Shown: piece by piece, positions 46,213 through 56,119 of the stretch
Position numbering within the stretch: position 1 is the stretch's first letter
How the letters are laid out: the number at the start of each line of letters is the position of its first letter
DNA from: an uncultured Bacteriovoracaceae bacterium
Lineage (GTDB): Bacteria > Bdellovibrionota > Bacteriovoracia > Bacteriovoracales > Bacteriovoracaceae
NCBI GenBank assembly: GCA_964012805.1
Contig: CAXGUD010000002.1
Location: forward strand, 1-64,000
Length of the DNA stretch: 64,000 nucleotides
Direction: 5' to 3'
Made by a program: the position numbers and the translations under genes
Notes under the pieces: model-generated
Told to the model about the DNA's origin: nothing
What the model saw: the letters and a program-made list of their open reading frames with translations, nothing else
Databases searched by the model: none

Positions 46213-48510
46213 ATGGAAAATCAGGAAAGTTCTATGGAAAAATCAAAGACTTCTATCGCTAAAAAAATGATTCTTTGGATAGTAGGATCAAGTATAGGAA
46301 TTGCTGCCCTCATTTCCGCGGTCTATTTATATGACGACTATCAAAAAAAGTTAAAAGCAGTTGAGAGGCAGCTTATAAAAATAGAAGAAAGTGTTGAAAA
46401 AAGTCTTTCATCAGATCTTTATGCTGAAAACGAAGAAAATGCCAGGTTACAACTTGAAGGGGTTTTAAAGCAACCTGATATGGTTCAAGTTCAAATATGG
46501 AACATTGATGACATAGACCCGATGATATCCCTCGTAAATAAAGAGTTTGAAGACCTTCACCCTATGACGAGAAGGGCCCTTGGTATTCATAAAATTGTTC
46601 CCATTTTTGCTCTTGACGGAGATGGAAATCTAACAAAAGAAAAAATTGCAGATATGCACCTAACGGTTTCACTTGGAGGTGCAAAAAAGAAAATTAGAGA
46701 CCAAATAATTCTTTTTGGACTTATACAATTAATCCAAGTTTCCTTAATTTCCCTTATTATTTGGTTTATCTTTAAAAAGCTTGTATCACGTCACTTATCC
46801 CATATGGCAGCCTATGCAGACGCTATGGATTTAAATGACCTCTCTGGAGATGGACTTAAATTAAATAGAAAGGAATCAAATAAACTTGATGAGCTAGATA
46901 ACCTAGTCATCTCATTTAACGATATGAGAACGAACCTTAAAGAGGCCCATGCGGCCCTTAGTGACTATGCTGTTAACCTTGAGAAAAAGGTTGCAGAGAG
47001 GACTAAGGAAATTGAAGAAGAAAGAGAAAAAGTAGCAGGCCTCCTTAATAATATGAGACAGGCTGTTTTCTCAATTGACAGGTCACAAAAAGTTGTAGCA
47101 CCAGTATCAAGTTTTTCTAAGAATGTTTTTGGCTCTGAGATTGAGGGGACAGATATTTTCGACACTATTTACAAAGACCTTGACAGACAGAGTGAAGAAT
47201 ATTCCCAACTTCACTCTGCCCTTAATACCGTCTTTGGAGAAGATGATCTCCAGTATGACCTAATGGAAGACTATTTTATTCAAAAAGCTAAATACAAAGA
47301 AAGTGAAGAGGATCAGGAAAGCAAAGTCCTTCAATTCAGCTATAACCCAATGTTTGATAATAAAGAAGAGTTGGACAAGGTTATGTTTATTGTTGAGGAT
47401 GTTACTGAACTTGAGAAATTAGCAGCCGAGAAAGCTGCTAAAGACAAAGAGATTGCCACAATAAATGAAATCGCTTCGAACAAAATTGATGATGTAAAAG
47501 CTTTCATTTTAAGTGCAGACTCTTACATTAAAAACTCAATACAACCTCTTGAAGACTTTAAAAGTGATCAGTCTAAAGCCGGAGGGCTTGGGGAAATTTT
47601 TAGAAATTTGCACACTTTAAAAGGAAATTCAAGAATCTTCAACCTAGGTAACATATCACAAACAACTCATATTGTTGAAAACGACCTTGTTCAAATGATT
47701 GAAGAAGTCAAAGAAGGAAAAGAGATTAATCACGATAGGATCAAAGGCCTTTTTGAAGGCTTTAATGATATTGAACAGTCTATAGCTGTCTACCTAGAAA
47801 TTGGAAAAAGGATTTTTAGCTTTGGAAGTGCTGATGAAATAACTATCTCTAAAAAGCAGATTGAAGAGATACAAGGCTTAATTGAAAACGTTAAAACAAA
47901 CCAAGATGAATTAAAACAGGCCTCTTATTGTATAAAAAAGATTATTTTCAATAGCTTCATAGAAGAATGTGGAAAATTTAAAAAGATGGTGCAGGAAATC
48001 GCTGGAAAACTAGATAAAAAAGCAGAATTTAATATTTCTGGAGAAGACATATTTCTAGACAATACGAAGCTAGACCTCATTTTTGATGCACTAACTCATA
48101 TTTTAAGAAATTCAATTGACCATGGTATTGAAACGATGGAGAAGAGAAAAGAAAAGTCCAAATCAGAACATGGTACAATTTCTATAAAAACCAAAGAAGA
48201 AGGTGATCAATTTGAAATTTTTATTGTCGATGATGGAAATGGTATTGACGGTGAAAGGGTAATGAGTTCAGCTGTTAAAAAAGGTGCCCTGGCAAAAGAA
48301 AAAGCAGATGCCATGAGCGATGAGGATAAAGTGAACCTAATTTTTCTTCCTAATCTTTCTACTGCTGACTCAGTAAGTGATATTTCTGGGCGTGGGGTTG
48401 GGATGGATGTTGTTAAAAGCAATATTGAAAAGATGGGTGGAAGCATCAGGGTAAGCTCAATACTAGGAACGGGGACTATTTTTAAAATTTCTTTTCCAAC
48501 GGCCGCTTAA
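46213..48510 (+). CDS. Membrane sensor kinase: 2 TM, HAMP, PAS-like, HPt, CheA-type HATPase, no CheW domain
   Basis: DELDNLVISFNDM HAMP; IFRNLHTLKGNS HPt; HILRNSIDHGIE, DDGNGID, SGRGVGMDVV. Confidence 0.9.
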   Translation: MENQESSMEKSKTSIAKKMILWIVGSSIGIAALISAVYLYDDYQKKLKAVERQLIKIEESVEKSLSSDLYAENEENARLQLEGVLKQPDMVQVQIWNIDDIDPMISLVNKEFEDLHPMTRRALGIHKIVPIFALDGDGNLTKEKIADMHLTVSLGGAKKKIRDQIILFGLIQLIQVSLISLIIWFIFKKLVSRHLSHMAAYADAMDLNDLSGDGLKLNRKESNKLDELDNLVISFNDMRTNLKEAHAALSDYAVNLEKKVAERTKEIEEEREKVAGLLNNMRQAVFSIDRSQKVVAPVSSFSKNVFGSEIEGTDIFDTIYKDLDRQSEEYSQLHSALNTVFGEDDLQYDLMEDYFIQKAKYKESEEDQESKVLQFSYNPMFDNKEELDKVMFIVEDVTELEKLAAEKAAKDKEIATINEIASNKIDDVKAFILSADSYIKNSIQPLEDFKSDQSKAGGLGEIFRNLHTLKGNSRIFNLGNISQTTHIVENDLVQMIEEVKEGKEINHDRIKGLFEGFNDIEQSIAVYLEIGKRIFSFGSADEITISKKQIEEIQGLIENVKTNQDELKQASYCIKKIIFNSFIEECGKFKKMVQEIAGKLDKKAEFNISGEDIFLDNTKLDLIFDALTHILRNSIDHGIETMEKRKEKSKSEHGTISIKTKEEGDQFEIFIVDDGNGIDGERVMSSAVKKGALAKEKADAMSDEDKVNLIFLPNLSTADSVSDISGRGVGMDVVKSNIEKMGGSIRVSSILGTGTIFKISFPTAA

Positions 48511-48532
48511 AGGAAAAGCTAAAGGCCTTTAT

Positions 48533-48868
48533 TTAAAGTTCTTTAGGTTTTAGAAAAACAAAGTAGCTCACTATTTTATTGCCACTCTTTCTGATCAAGT
48601 AAACTTCAGAGTGGTCCTTAAGTACGTCTTTAGCAATCCCCTTAATCATCGAAGGCCCTTCTTCTGCGCTATGAGGGACACTAAAGTCCTTATTATCAAT
48701 ATAAACACCAACTATTTCTCGATAATACTTCTTTATAACATCAAACTCTTCTTCATTGACCATATTGACAGTAAAGTTTTCAGCTGAAGAGAGCCTGGCA
48801 AGCTTTGGACACTCTGCATCCATACTTTCTGCTGTCGCTTCGCCGGACTTTTTCTTTTCGGCAGTCAT
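48533..48868 (-). CDS. Hypothetical protein
   Basis: 111-aa ORF with GAGGAG RBS. Confidence 0.7.
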   Translation of the reverse strand: MTAEKKKSGEATAESMDAECPKLARLSSAENFTVNMVNEEEFDVIKKYYREIVGVYIDNKDFSVPHSAEEGPSMIKGIAKDVLKDHSEVYLIRKSGNKIVSYFVFLKPKEL

Positions 48869-48983
48869 CCAATAACTCCTCAGTCTAAAACCAATTCTTC
48901 TTTTTTACTTCTTTAATACTATTATTCCACAAGTCTTGCCCAGTATCATCAAAAGGTTTAATTTTTTTTAGCCGAAAGAAGTT

Positions 48984-51011
48984 TTAAATTTTTAATGCTA
49001 AAAGAGTCGCTTCTTTTATGGCACCCTTAGCATCTAGCTCCTTTGCTTCATTGGCCCCTCCCACAAGGTGAACATTTACCCCAGCTTCTTCTAGTTCAGG
49101 AAAAAGGTTCCTCTTAGGAGTTTGACCTGAGCAAATAATTACATGATCAACCTCCAAAGTTTTTTCCTTGCCATTATGAACAATCAAGAGCCCTTGATCG
49201 CTAATTTCCTTGTATTCAACACCAGCTAGCATATGAACCCCATCTTTTTTAAGTGCCAACCGATGGGCCCATCCAGTCGTTTTACCAAGGCCTGCTCCCA
49301 ACTTACTTGTTTTCCTCTGGCACAGATAAATCGTTCGAAAAGGTTCTTCTTCCTCAATCTTTTCTAATAAACCTCCAGGCCTGGCCTGAGTTGTATCGAC
49401 TCCCCATTTTTTGAAATACTCTTTTTTATCCAGACCGGCTGAAACCTTCGCAGGGTCCTGAAGCAGAAATTCACTTACGTCAAAACCAATTCCTCCGGCA
49501 CCAATAACAGCAACCTTCTTACCAACCTCAACACCTTTTTTTAAAACGTCTGTGTATAAAAGGACCTTTGGATGACCAATTCCCTTAATTTTGGGAACTC
49601 TCGGATTAACCCCTGTCGCTAAAATAACTTCGTCATACTCTCCAAGGAGAAGATCATTTGTTTCAACACGAGTTCCAAGCTTTAATTGAACTCCCCACTT
49701 TTTCATCATTTCACCATAATAGCGTAGGGTTTCCTCAAACTCTTCTTTACCAGGTATCTTTTTGGCCATATTAAATTGGCCTCCAATATTTTTTTCTGAC
49801 TCATAAAGAGTTACTTTATGACCCCGCCTAGCAGCTGCAAAAGAAAAGGCAAGCCCTGCCGGACCTGCACCAACAACTGCTATTTGCTTTACCTTTTCGA
49901 CTTTTTTCTCTTCATAAAAAGTTTCATGGCAGGCCATAGGGTTTACAAGGCAAGAACTAACTTTACCTTTAAAAGTATGGTCGAGGCACGCCTGATTACA
50001 GGCTATACAAACATTAATTTCATTTTCTCTTTGTTCAGAAGCTTTATTAACAAATTCGCTATCTGCGAGAAGCGGTCTGGCCAGGGAAACAAGGTCTGAA
50101 AAGCCATTTTGCAGGACCTCTTCGGCTTTAGCAGGCGTATTGATTCTATTAACGGCAATAACAGGAATGCTTACTACACTTTTGATTTCCTTTGAACACT
50201 CTGCAAAAGCTGCTCGCGGAACCCTCGTAGCGATCGTTGGCACACGAGATTCATGCCATCCAATCCCAGAGTTAATTATTGTGGCCCCATGGGACTCAAC
50301 CTTCTTGGCCAATTCTTTTATTTCATCCCAATGACTTCCATCTTCTACTAAATCTAAAATGGATAGCCGGTAAATAATAATAAAGTCTTCACCTACCCTC
50401 TCCCTCATTCTTTTTAAAATCTCCAGGGGAAGCCTTATTCTATTTTCATAAGAACCACCCCACTGGTCTTTTCTCTTATTTGTCCTCTTAGCAATAAACT
50501 CATTGATCAGATAACCTTCAGACCCCATAACCTCAACACCGTCATACCCAGCTTCTTTTGCTAATACAGCACACTGAACAAAGTCGTTGATAGTCCTCTC
50601 AATCCCCTTTTCGCTCAAGGCCCTCGGTTTAAACAAACCAATAGGTGCTTTAATTGCTGATGGTGCCACATTAAAAGGGTGGTATGCATACCGACCAGCA
50701 TGAAGGATTTGAAGAGCGATTTTACCTCCCTCTTCATGAACAGCTTTAGTTATTTTTTTATGATTTTTAATTTGCCAGCGAAAACTTAATTGGGAAGCAA
50801 AAGGACTTACCCTCCCCTCAAAATTTGGCGCAAAACCACCCGTTATAATTAGGCCTACGCCCCCTCGGGCCCTATCACGGTAATAAGTTGCCATTCGATC
50901 AAAACCGTTCTTGACCTCTTCAAGACCTGTATGCATCGACCCCATAACAACTCTATTATTAAGCTTAGTGAAACCCAAATCCAGTTCTTCCAGCATATGT
51001 GGAAAAGGCAT
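48984..51011 (-). CDS. fadH: NADPH-dependent 2,4-dienoyl-CoA reductase
   Basis: MGSMHTG, MGSEGYLI, GWHE, CIACNQACLDH Fe-S motif, GAGPAG, GKTTGW. Confidence 0.96.
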   Translation of the reverse strand: MPFPHMLEELDLGFTKLNNRVVMGSMHTGLEEVKNGFDRMATYYRDRARGGVGLIITGGFAPNFEGRVSPFASQLSFRWQIKNHKKITKAVHEEGGKIALQILHAGRYAYHPFNVAPSAIKAPIGLFKPRALSEKGIERTINDFVQCAVLAKEAGYDGVEVMGSEGYLINEFIAKRTNKRKDQWGGSYENRIRLPLEILKRMRERVGEDFIIIYRLSILDLVEDGSHWDEIKELAKKVESHGATIINSGIGWHESRVPTIATRVPRAAFAECSKEIKSVVSIPVIAVNRINTPAKAEEVLQNGFSDLVSLARPLLADSEFVNKASEQRENEINVCIACNQACLDHTFKGKVSSCLVNPMACHETFYEEKKVEKVKQIAVVGAGPAGLAFSFAAARRGHKVTLYESEKNIGGQFNMAKKIPGKEEFEETLRYYGEMMKKWGVQLKLGTRVETNDLLLGEYDEVILATGVNPRVPKIKGIGHPKVLLYTDVLKKGVEVGKKVAVIGAGGIGFDVSEFLLQDPAKVSAGLDKKEYFKKWGVDTTQARPGGLLEKIEEEEPFRTIYLCQRKTSKLGAGLGKTTGWAHRLALKKDGVHMLAGVEYKEISDQGLLIVHNGKEKTLEVDHVIICSGQTPKRNLFPELEEAGVNVHLVGGANEAKELDAKGAIKEATLLALKI

Positions 51012-51197
51012 AAGAAAGCTCCTTTAAATTAAAAGTAATCACCCAAGTTAACCCAACCTCATCATCTTAACTATTTTATACCTATTCTATTCCCATTTCC
51101 CAACTTTTTGCCACTTTAGAAAGGAAGTGTTAAGACACGGTTAGATAAAAACTGCACTATCGATACATTTTAAAGTAGAGCATCTAAGGAGTTTCAA

Positions 51198-51824
51198 ATG
51201 TTCTTTAAAACAAAAGTACTCTATTTTTTTCTTGCCTTAGTTTCTTTAACATCCCTGACATCGTCTTATGCTCAAGACTCGAACGCCTTAAATGGGCAAT
51301 TTACCCCTACCCTTTTTAAAAAAGGTTCTTCATGGACATGGAGCTATTATGAATCAGGTGACCTCAATAAACTTTATTCAGAAGAGATGTATAAAGTTGT
51401 AAAAAGAAAAGGACAATTAGTTACTTTTGTTTTGTCTTCAAAAATTGGCAAAGAGAAAAGTTTTACCAAGAGGCATAAATTTAGGGTTGACCTTAGGGTA
51501 TGTAGTCAAAAGTGGAAGAGAAGAAACTATAACCCCTCTCTTGTAAGAAGGTTTTGGCAAAGGGTTAATAACACTTGGAAACTTGTTGAAAACTCGGGAA
51601 AATCCCTCCTTTTCGAAGAAAAATTTAACTGCAACCCAAACCTAAAGTCAAAAGTTTCATTTTATACTCACCCATGGTTTGGTGAAAACTATGTTGTCGG
51701 GCCTTCAAGAGAAGGATCTTATTATTTTAGGGAAGGAATGAAAAAAGGAATTCTTTCTCATAAATTTTTCAACAAAGGAACGCCTCATTTTTATTTAATG
51801 CTCCTTAAAAGAAGTTCCATTTAA
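51198..51824 (+). CDS. Secreted basic hypothetical protein
   Basis: Signal peptide (SYA-Q), AAGGAG RBS. Confidence 0.75.
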   Translation: MFFKTKVLYFFLALVSLTSLTSSYAQDSNALNGQFTPTLFKKGSSWTWSYYESGDLNKLYSEEMYKVVKRKGQLVTFVLSSKIGKEKSFTKRHKFRVDLRVCSQKWKRRNYNPSLVRRFWQRVNNTWKLVENSGKSLLFEEKFNCNPNLKSKVSFYTHPWFGENYVVGPSREGSYYFREGMKKGILSHKFFNKGTPHFYLMLLKRSSI

Positions 51825-51893
51825 CAAAAAAAGGCCATTAAATAGTCATTTAATAAAGAAGGATCATTTATAAATTGAAATGGTCAAGGGAAA

Positions 51894-52109
51894 TTATTTC
51901 TTCTTCTTTTGAGCTTTTTCGTTCATGGCCTTCTCATATTTAGCTATTTCTTCAGGGCTTATTGAGTTTCGATCCATTTTTTTATAAGTATTCAAGGCCT
52001 TTTGTCTTTCTTCACACTTATGAGTCGCTCCATCTGACTCTATAGGCACATTTTTTCTTCCCTCTTTTACCCAGGTAATTTCTTTTTGGCAGTACTTGCA
52101 CTTTGACAT
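51894..52109 (-). CDS. Small putative zinc-binding protein
   Basis: CKYC...HKC motif, basic tail. Confidence 0.7.
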   Translation of the reverse strand: MSKCKYCQKEITWVKEGRKNVPIESDGATHKCEERQKALNTYKKMDRNSISPEEIAKYEKAMNEKAQKKKK

Positions 52110-52176
52110 TTCTAATCCCCAACAAACAGTATTCTATCTACTTTCAGTTTTGATTTAAACTCCATTGCCCTAAATT

Positions 52177-52995
52177 TTATAAAAATTTAAAGAGCCCTGG
52201 TTCTAAATCACGATGAACAAATTTATATTTCAACTTCCTCTCTAAATTAACACTATCCACCTTTTTTCCTTCTTCACTTTCAACAAACTCAAGATGCGAA
52301 AGTCCAAAATAATCACAAACAAAGTTGTAGTATTCATCCTTAAAAGGATGATAAGGAGAAACCCCATTAAACAACTCTCCCCATGACTCAAAATCAATGA
52401 TGGTCTGAATTATTCTAATACAATCTTCCCTATGGATAAGGTTAATAGGACCCTTTCCTAACTTTTTACTTCTTTTTTTATGGAGAGAAAAAACTGGATG
52501 CCTTTCTTCCCCCACAAGGCCACCAAAACGCAAGATTGTTGTTTTCACGGCCCAAGACTTAACGAGACTTTCGGCCATCAGAAGGTTTTGACCTCTTATG
52601 GAATCAGGCATTGGGTCTGTTAGCTCATCTACAACACCTTGATTGTTACCATAAACTCCAGTAGAGCTTATAAATAAAACCCTCGAAGGGCCCAAGCTGG
52701 AAACAATATCTCCTATTCTAAGGAGAACGTCTTGATAAATTTCTCCAACACCTTTTAAACTTGGTGGTAAACCCAAAATCAAAATATCAACTTCAAGAAA
52801 GTTTTTTAATTGTGATTCATCCCGGCCAAAATCGATGAGAAAAGGTCTTATGCTAGCTTCAGAAAATGTGGCAACTTTGGTCTCTCGAGTTGTAGAGCCA
52901 TTCACCATAAATCCCTTTGACCTTAAAGAAAGCGCTAGTTGATACCCTAACCAACCACAGCCTAGAAGACCAATCGTTTTTGTCTGATTAGACAT
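52177..52995 (-). CDS. NAD-dependent epimerase/SDR (YeeZ-like)
   Basis: LGCGWLG, FISSTGVYG, LRFGGL, INLIHREDC. Confidence 0.88.
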   Translation of the reverse strand: MSNQTKTIGLLGCGWLGYQLALSLRSKGFMVNGSTTRETKVATFSEASIRPFLIDFGRDESQLKNFLEVDILILGLPPSLKGVGEIYQDVLLRIGDIVSSLGPSRVLFISSTGVYGNNQGVVDELTDPMPDSIRGQNLLMAESLVKSWAVKTTILRFGGLVGEERHPVFSLHKKRSKKLGKGPINLIHREDCIRIIQTIIDFESWGELFNGVSPYHPFKDEYYNFVCDYFGLSHLEFVESEEGKKVDSVNLERKLKYKFVHRDLEPGLFKFL

Positions 52996-53074
52996 ACTTT
53001 CCTTAAGTTGATCACCTAATTACTAAAGATAAGCTTTATTAAGCAAGCAATCCTAAAACCAACCTTTTCTCTGC

Positions 53075-53350
53075 TTAAGCTGTTCGCTTAATCAAGTGAT
53101 AACCAAATTGTGTCTTTACAGGACCAGAGAGCTCTCCAACTTTAAGATCAAAAGCTGCTTTTTCGAAAGCTTCAACCATCATACCTTTTCCAAAGGAGCC
53201 GAGGTGCCCACCACTTTTACCAGAAGGGCATTTTGAAAAGTCGGTTGCAAGTTGATCAAAGTCTCCTCCATCATTAAGTTTTTTGAGGAGGTCATTAGCT
53301 TCATGCTCATGATCAACAAGAATATGCTGGGCATTAATTTTTTCTGACAT
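53075..53350 (-). CDS. ppiC: Parvulin peptidyl-prolyl isomerase
   Basis: HILV, SKCPSGKSGGHLG, GMMVEAFE, VKTQFGYHLI. Confidence 0.95.
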   Translation of the reverse strand: MSEKINAQHILVDHEHEANDLLKKLNDGGDFDQLATDFSKCPSGKSGGHLGSFGKGMMVEAFEKAAFDLKVGELSGPVKTQFGYHLIKRTA

Positions 53351-53456
53351 TTGTTATCCTTAATTGAATTTTGAACAAGCTACCCTAACTTTAGAAGTTT
53401 GTCACAAAAGAATACATACTTAGATTTGCTTTACGCGAAATAAAAAATATTAAGTG

Positions 53457-54128
53457 TTAAACATTTTTTTTGAAACGGAAGCCATCGTGAATCTCATCTA
53501 TATCCTTATCTTTCATGGATTTAAGGCTTTCAACTTTTTCAACAATAGATTGGCAACCCTCTAAACTCCTCTTAATAAAGGTTGACAATTTGTCTTTGTT
53601 TATAGAACCACTTTCAACCATCATTCTCATCATGTCGAGGTTTCCCATAATTGCCGTCAAAGGATTGTAAACTTCATGAGCAAGAATACCGTGTGCTTTT
53701 AAGGTTGCCTTTAACTTTGAATCTTTTGCGATTTGTTCTCTAGAGAACTTTATTTCTAAGTGAGTTGCCACTCTGGCGAGAAGCTCAGCTGGATCATAAG
53801 GTTTTTCGATGTAGTCTGCTGCACCTACAGTAAATCCCTTAACTTTACTTATCGTAGTATTTTGGGCGGTAAGGAATATTACAGGCACTTCTTTTGTTTC
53901 CACACTTTCTTTTAGTACCCTACAAACCTCTATCCCGTCCATACCGGGCATGTTTATATCTAGAAGGATGATATCCGGTTTTATTTTAACGGCCCTCTCT
54001 ATCGCCTCCTTTCCATTTTGAGCAATCACAAGACTATAGTGTTCATTTTTAAGTAATGTTCCCAGAACTTGAACATTTTTCTGAACATCATCAACAATAA
54101 GTATCTTAATCTCTGATTTTTCTTTCAT
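53457..54128 (-). CDS. Receiver + HisKA-like protein without ATPase domain
   Basis: IVDD, LLDINMP, FLTA, KPY; AHEVYNPLTAI H-box; ends at 223 aa. Confidence 0.85.
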   Translation of the reverse strand: MKEKSEIKILIVDDVQKNVQVLGTLLKNEHYSLVIAQNGKEAIERAVKIKPDIILLDINMPGMDGIEVCRVLKESVETKEVPVIFLTAQNTTISKVKGFTVGAADYIEKPYDPAELLARVATHLEIKFSREQIAKDSKLKATLKAHGILAHEVYNPLTAIMGNLDMMRMMVESGSINKDKLSTFIKRSLEGCQSIVEKVESLKSMKDKDIDEIHDGFRFKKNV

Positions 54129-54157
54129 AGTAATCCTATAAAAATTGGTCCATTGTC

Positions 54158-54184
54158 ATTTCGAGATAAAAATAAATAAGTTTA
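54158..54184 (-). promoter_or_regulatory. Putative sigma28 promoter
   Basis: Minus strand TAAA-N15-CTCGAAAT. Confidence 0.45.
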
Positions 54185-54305
54185 TACTCTTTATGTTACT
54201 TAATTAAAATATATGAATTCACTCTCTTTTCCCGACTTTTTCGATTCTCTTAAGTCATATAATCGAAAAATTAACTTTATTTTCAAAAAAATCGAATAGA
54301 TAGGT

Positions 54306-56108
54306 ATGCAAAGCAAACCAAAAATAGAATTCCTTTCTAGAGTTCCTAAAAAGCACTACCTTTTCTTTTTGCTCTATTCTTTTTTGGTAATATCCTTTTT
54401 TTGCTCACTTTCTATCTACCTTTGGGAGAACCTTAAAAACCAGAAAATCACTGAAACACAAAAAGAAAGAACAATTGAAATGTTCAAAGATGAGATTATC
54501 TATAACTTTGAAAAAAAGCAGATAAAAAACAATAAAAGGATTTTAAAAATAATAACTGATATTCTTAAAGTGGACGGTATAGAAGTTTACTGGAAATCTG
54601 AAAAGCCAACTTTAACTTTTAAAGTGGAAAACTTAGAAAACAAAAACTTTTACAAAATTCCTTTCTTTTTCAGCTCTAAAAAAGAACAACCCATTAAGTT
54701 TATTTTCTTAAAACTAAGCTCGAATGGAAAAGATGAAAAGCTAAAGCAAGGGCCTATCCCTTTTAGTATTCTCTTAATTGGTGCATTTATTTGTATTCTC
54801 CACCTATCCTTTCTTATATGGAAAAGTATTTTTAAACCTATTTTAAAAGGTATCGATAAAGATGTTAGTGAATCAACTAATAAAATGGGTGACTTCAAAG
54901 CATTAAAAATAGCTTCAGATTTTTCTCAAAAAATACTCTTGCTAGTAGATGAAAACTTGTCCGTCCTTAATGATCAGTCTGTTTTTTCCAACCAAGTTTT
55001 CCAAGGCAATATTAAAAATGAAAATGTTGTAAATGAGTTTTTTGGTAAATTCCTCTTCTTATCCCACGAACTGAGTCGAATAGAGTCATCACTTATTCTT
55101 TCTTTTGGAGATGATACGATCCAATTTAGTGCCGTAAGCTGCCACTTTCCTAAGCAAGGTACACTCCACGTAGGTAACCAAACAAAACATTTTAATTTCT
55201 TCTACATGCCTTTGCTAGATGATCACCACAATGTTCAGCATATTCTCATATCTTTGGTTGAAAATACAGAAATTCAGACTCTAAGAAGAATCATTAACAA
55301 AGTTAAAAAGGAAAGCTCTATTGAAAAAGATATCCTTAAAGCCGATAATGGAGAAGAATTTTTAAAAAAGCTAACAAAAAGCAGGAATTTTATTGCAACA
55401 CAATTAAAACAAATTAATTCTAAGTTAACAAACGAGTTCGATCAAAGCTTTAAGAATATGCTTTTTTATGAACTTTACAAAATCCTTCCTGAAGCCCCCT
55501 TTCTTAAAGCATCCATTCAAAACATTAAGGTAAAAATGGAAAGGAAAATGGACACCCCCCTGGAATATCCAGATTTTCCCTCCAATAATGAGTCCGATTA
55601 CTATTATACAAAAACCTTAGTGCCTATGAAGTTTGTCATATTCCTTGAGGCTCTGTGTCAAATATCAAAAGTCTTGGGAGAGTTCTTGGCGAACTTTCAA
55701 AAAGCAAAGCATGAAATTATCTACTCAAACCGACGTATTTATCCAATTGTTGAAGAAAGGCTAAAAGAGACCTTCCTATTATATAAAAATATATTTGATA
55801 TGATTGAGGTCAACAGCAATGAAGATGTTTTAAAGCACTATAAAGACTTCAAAGAAATTGAAGTCGAATCAAATCTTTACAATTCTTTATTGCTTTTAAA
55901 AAGCCTACTCGTCACGCTTTCTTATCTATTTAATGCAACCAATAATGATTCATTATCCAATACTTTCCACTCCTCTTCAGATAAACTTAATCTCATTCTT
56001 GGAAGAAAAGGCTTAAATAAAAACAATATTTCCGTTGGACTTTTCGAGGCCCATAAAATGCTCCATTTAAAAGCAGAAGTAATAAACCAAATAATCAAAA
56101 CCAAATAA
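54306..56108 (+). CDS. Two-TM protein with PAS-like domain related to that of the 46213 kinase; no recognisable kinase motifs
   Basis: SFGDDTIQF...FFYMPLLD...ILISLVENTE aligns with VFGEDDLQY...FSYNPMFD...VMFIVEDVTE. Confidence 0.7.
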   Translation: MQSKPKIEFLSRVPKKHYLFFLLYSFLVISFFCSLSIYLWENLKNQKITETQKERTIEMFKDEIIYNFEKKQIKNNKRILKIITDILKVDGIEVYWKSEKPTLTFKVENLENKNFYKIPFFFSSKKEQPIKFIFLKLSSNGKDEKLKQGPIPFSILLIGAFICILHLSFLIWKSIFKPILKGIDKDVSESTNKMGDFKALKIASDFSQKILLLVDENLSVLNDQSVFSNQVFQGNIKNENVVNEFFGKFLFLSHELSRIESSLILSFGDDTIQFSAVSCHFPKQGTLHVGNQTKHFNFFYMPLLDDHHNVQHILISLVENTEIQTLRRIINKVKKESSIEKDILKADNGEEFLKKLTKSRNFIATQLKQINSKLTNEFDQSFKNMLFYELYKILPEAPFLKASIQNIKVKMERKMDTPLEYPDFPSNNESDYYYTKTLVPMKFVIFLEALCQISKVLGEFLANFQKAKHEIIYSNRRIYPIVEERLKETFLLYKNIFDMIEVNSNEDVLKHYKDFKEIEVESNLYNSLLLLKSLLVTLSYLFNATNNDSLSNTFHSSSDKLNLILGRKGLNKNNISVGLFEAHKMLHLKAEVINQIIKTK

Positions 56109-56119
56109 GGATCGGTTTT

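Noticed and set aside
5629..48510. Calling the two kinases cheA of a chemotaxis operon
   Set aside because: Membrane-bound, no CheW domain, and no mcp/cheW/cheR/cheB in the window
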